DNA of 64,000 nt from Azolla caroliniana (taxonomy: Eukaryota > Plantae > Polypodiophyta). The stretch lies in assembly GCA_043228905.1 (NCBI GenBank), contig JBHGNT010000011.1:10912001-10976000 (forward strand), written 5' to 3'. The position numbers and the translations under genes were made by a program. Positions 60,723 through 64,000 of this stretch are shown piece after piece. The stretch's first letter is position 1; each line of letters starts with the position of its first letter. The notes under the pieces were generated by a model. It had not been told where the DNA came from. It saw only the letters and a list, made by a program, of their open reading frames with translations, and did not search any database.

Positions 60723-63428
60723 ATGGCAGACTCGCTCAACGTAGAGCAACACATATGGGATGCCACGCAAGAGTTACGCGTGATAGAACAAGAAATCAAT
60801 ATATGGACGATGCAACTCGCGAAAGGGGGACAACCGGAAATCATCACTCGAGATATTGAAGCCGCTTTGGCAAAAAGGAAAGACAGGTTCGTGCGAGCGC
60901 AACAAAAACTTCACCTCCTAGAAGCATTGTCACATACGCACCGTCGAGGCCGTGAGCCCAGCCCCACACCGCATTCGAGCACAACGGGCGACAACCCAAA
61001 CCAAGCACCCACGCAACGACACCCGACACCGCTACATTGTCGTGCCTTTCGGCACCAGATCGTTTGCATGAGTCGGGTGGGAACCATTGGGGTTTTGGAC
61101 TAGGAGGAGGAAGAATTTGAGACAAGTTTATAGTGATGGATAGATTATTAGAAAGATATGTAAGTTATGAATCTCGTGAATCCCACGAGTTTAGTGTATT
61201 TAATCAATATTTAGATAGTAAGAGACAATTTTGATCACTAATTCGTGAATCCCATGAATATATTATATTAATTGGTGGTGTTTTAGGAAATATATCCAAT
61301 TTCCCAAATATTTTCACACTCATTACATTGTGCTCCTCATCCTTATATAGTGATGAGAGAGTCTTCACAATCCATGTTTTTTCTCTAACTATAGACTATA
61401 TGCTTTTTCTAACTTTAGTTTTCATGCACACTGCATGTGCATGATTAGCTTTCTATCCCATCTTTTCTTTTAACTCGAGTGTGTATGCATGAGTAACTTT
61501 TTGTACCATGCATATCTAGAATATTTACATGGGATAAAGTTTAGTATATCTTTAAAATTCATAATATGTTAGTATAGTGGTAAGGCTTAACATTATTAAC
61601 ATGGAGGTACAAGGTTCGAGTCTTGCCCTATGCATAATATATATATATATATATATTATATTTTCTTTTATTTACAAATTGGTCTCTTCATCTGGTTCTC
61701 ACTGGGTCCTCTTCGTCCTGCTCTTGCCGATTCTGCTTGATCCGGTTCTTACCGGTTCTCCTTACCGGGTCGGTCCTTATCGGTTCTTCCTTCCGGTTCT
61801 CACCGGGTACTCCATGTCCTATCTGGAAAGACCAAAAAATAAATTTTCACGTAGTGTGCGAATTACACTACGACAACGTATGGACACGATCCCTACACCC
61901 GACCAAACTACCTCAGCACCCCCGAATGCCAAACTCGCAATAACATTACAATCCATCCAAACCCTCGTGGCATTGATGGAAAAAGAGCGAGTGCCCATAG
62001 ACAATGCGAGAAACCCCACAAACGACAGCAGGAAGAGTGCTTCCATTTCTAAACTAGTACCCCGTTTTCTCGGTTTCGGTGACGCCTATGATCGCGTAGA
62101 GAGGTTTAAGCAGATATGTCGAGCTTATGAGCCCCTCACAAGGACCACCAAAGTAGCTGCATTCGGACTTACACTCAATGACCAAGATGGAATTTGGTTT
62201 AGGGCCTTGAATGAGGACATCGTCACAGATTTCGAGTATGTCATCGAAGATTTCCTAATAAACTTCGCTCGTCGAGGGAATAAATGGAACCCGATTGACC
62301 AAAATTTCGCCCTTAAGCAAGAAGAAAACGAGATTGTCAGGGACTACATACGCCGCACGAAAAGCCTTCACCATCGTTGTAGCCTGAGCGACAAGATGTC
62401 AGATGACAAATTGATGAGCCGCTTCATCAATGGGTTGTTTGACCTGACACTCCAAAATTTATTGATTGCCAGGATGTGTCGGTCATTCGCTGAAGCTTGC
62501 AACGGTAGTGATGACTTTCAAAGATTCAATGAGCAGGTTACGGATACCCACTCAAGCGCCTATGAACAACCGTGAGAAGCCCTCGGATCCCACTCCATCC
62601 ACGCCACCGAGACCACCCTGTATAGAAAGACCCCAAGCATACACCCAATGAGAAAATGTAAGGTGTATGGTGTGCCATGGCCATCACACGGGGCATGAGT
62701 GCCCGCTTCTCCACCAACGGCGGCCGCAATACTGCAAGTGGTGCAAAGCCTTCGTGATGCATTCTCAAGAGAACTACTGGCAAGCCCCAAACAAAAGGTA
62801 TAACCCAACACCAATGGTCGAGCACCCACGCTCACCTCCATCGCTTAGCCGCCCACAACTACCAGCATTACTTCCCCAACAACCCCCACTACCGTGTATC
62901 GGTGCTCGCCTCGCTGAACTAGAATACGCCACCGATAACCAAACTCAGGTTGGGGGGGGGGGGGGGGCTGAATATGAAGACTCGTACCAAGAGTACAGAG
63001 TTGAAGAAGAGGTGCTTTCCCACTTCGTGAACTTCGAAGGCGACCAAATACCAATGTACGTCTTGAGAGGAGAACAAAGGGGCCCATCGATGGGATATCG
63101 CAACAATAATGGTCTAAGAATGTCAGAATTGAAATGTTTCAATTGCCAAGGCCCACACATGGTTAGGGAGTGCCCAACCAAACATGAGTACTACAACCGG
63201 ATGGCACAACGACCACGACACCCCCCACTCAAAACGCCCCCACAACCATCGGTACAAAGTCTCACCCAACAGTCACACGACCTTATTGAGTGGTTCCAAA
63301 GAGAAGCATCATGCCCAGTGTGTGGTAAAGGACACTTAGTACCTGATTGCCCAGAAAAAAAGAAACGGATTGGCGCAAATCTGTTATCCATAGTACCATC
63401 AACTGTTGGCGCCAACGTCATCACATGA
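60723..63428 (+). pseudogene. Gypsy gag split by a solo LTR, with several zinc knuckles
   Basis: 60723-61037 joins 61880-62575 in frame after LTR removal; FGLTLNDQDGIWF, LKQEENEIVRDY, RFINGL; CFNCQGPHMVREC, CPVCGKGHLVPDC. Confidence 0.82.
61038..61875 (-). mobile_element. Solo LTR (TGTCGT...ACGACA group) inserted in gag
   Basis: Inverted termini; flanks ACAT/ACGT; similarity to the reverse complement of 1817-2200. Confidence 0.85.
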
Positions 63429-64000
63429 GCTCAAAGAGTAGCTCATAACTTAAAGTATCATGACCAAGGCCTCCCTGTGACTATGTGTAAGAGACGAAAA
63501 TCCCAAAAAAATGCGTCCATGCAGACCTCAAAGCAAGAGCAAGAACCGGAGGGAGACGTAGAGACAATACCCGTCAACCCTAACCAAGGGCTGCCAGCAC
63601 ACCTGACAGCATACCCAAACCCAGTGGCTGAAAAACAAAAGGGTGAAGAGTACATCAAACTCATACGGCATGAACAGTTCGAAGGATCACTTAGTCTCCC
63701 GAGCCTAAACTTTGACCAACTCGAAGAATGGGTAAATCCTCCACCCCAACGGGTACACCCTCCCTCGTCGTAAAACCAACCGACACCCCCATCTCCCAAC
63801 CTACCCCAATCAAAGAAGTCAACACGACCCTGCTCCAACAAATATTAAATTTAAAATTACGACTCACATTACACGAAGTACAGAGCTACACCGGCACCTT
63901 CGTGACTGACAACCCCCAACTATGACCTATCCTCGCCAAGGAAATAGAGTTCACACTTGAAGAGCTACTCAAACTCGACATCCAACCATGGCACAATGTC

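Larger units (their letters stand above)
59323..64000 (+). mobile_element. Athila/Tat-like gypsy: 5' LTR, PBS, leader and gag, running off the window
   Basis: PBS TGGCGCCGCAGCCGGGGA at 59913-59930 resembles the tRNA-Asp PBS of Athila-type elements; TATATAAA near 59479; gag downstream. LTR start approximate. Confidence 0.75.

Noticed and set aside
61577-61879. Hydrophobic N-terminus of the 332-aa ORF as an env-like membrane domain
   Set aside because: It is read-through from the solo LTR, including the (TA)n tract. The true gag N-terminus is at 60723.

Overview
Eukaryotic nuclear DNA from a land plant, most likely a non-seed plant such as a fern; the taxon is inferred from the TE families and intron-rich genes, not proven. 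Bases 1-21.8 kb are a deeply nested transposon cluster. It holds two Tork/Tnt1-like copia elements, a chromodomain Ty3/gypsy (Tcn1-like) split over 3726-19135, a second gypsy family with TGTCGT...ACGACA LTRs, solo LTRs and a DGMDQ-type DNA transposase remnant. Four host genes were assembled by hand: an OZ/VAR3-family RanBP2 zinc-finger protein (+), an At2g39080-like NAD(P)-binding protein with a U12 AT-AC intron (-), TSR2 (-) and mitochondrial ATP synthase subunit g (-). L1 and RTE LINE remnants, copia remnants, a tRNA-Leu pseudogene and an Athila/Tat-like gypsy fill the rest. Most notable signals: (i) Tf1-style self-priming signatures in two LTR elements, (ii) antisense tRNA-like A/B-box cassettes in U3 of several LTRs, (iii) the same transposon end plus an identical 18-mer in the same orientation upstream of two unrelated genes, (iv) apparent 4-bp TSDs for one LTR group, and (v) a near-perfect intronic hairpin. 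All coordinates and alignments were read by eye; no searches were run.
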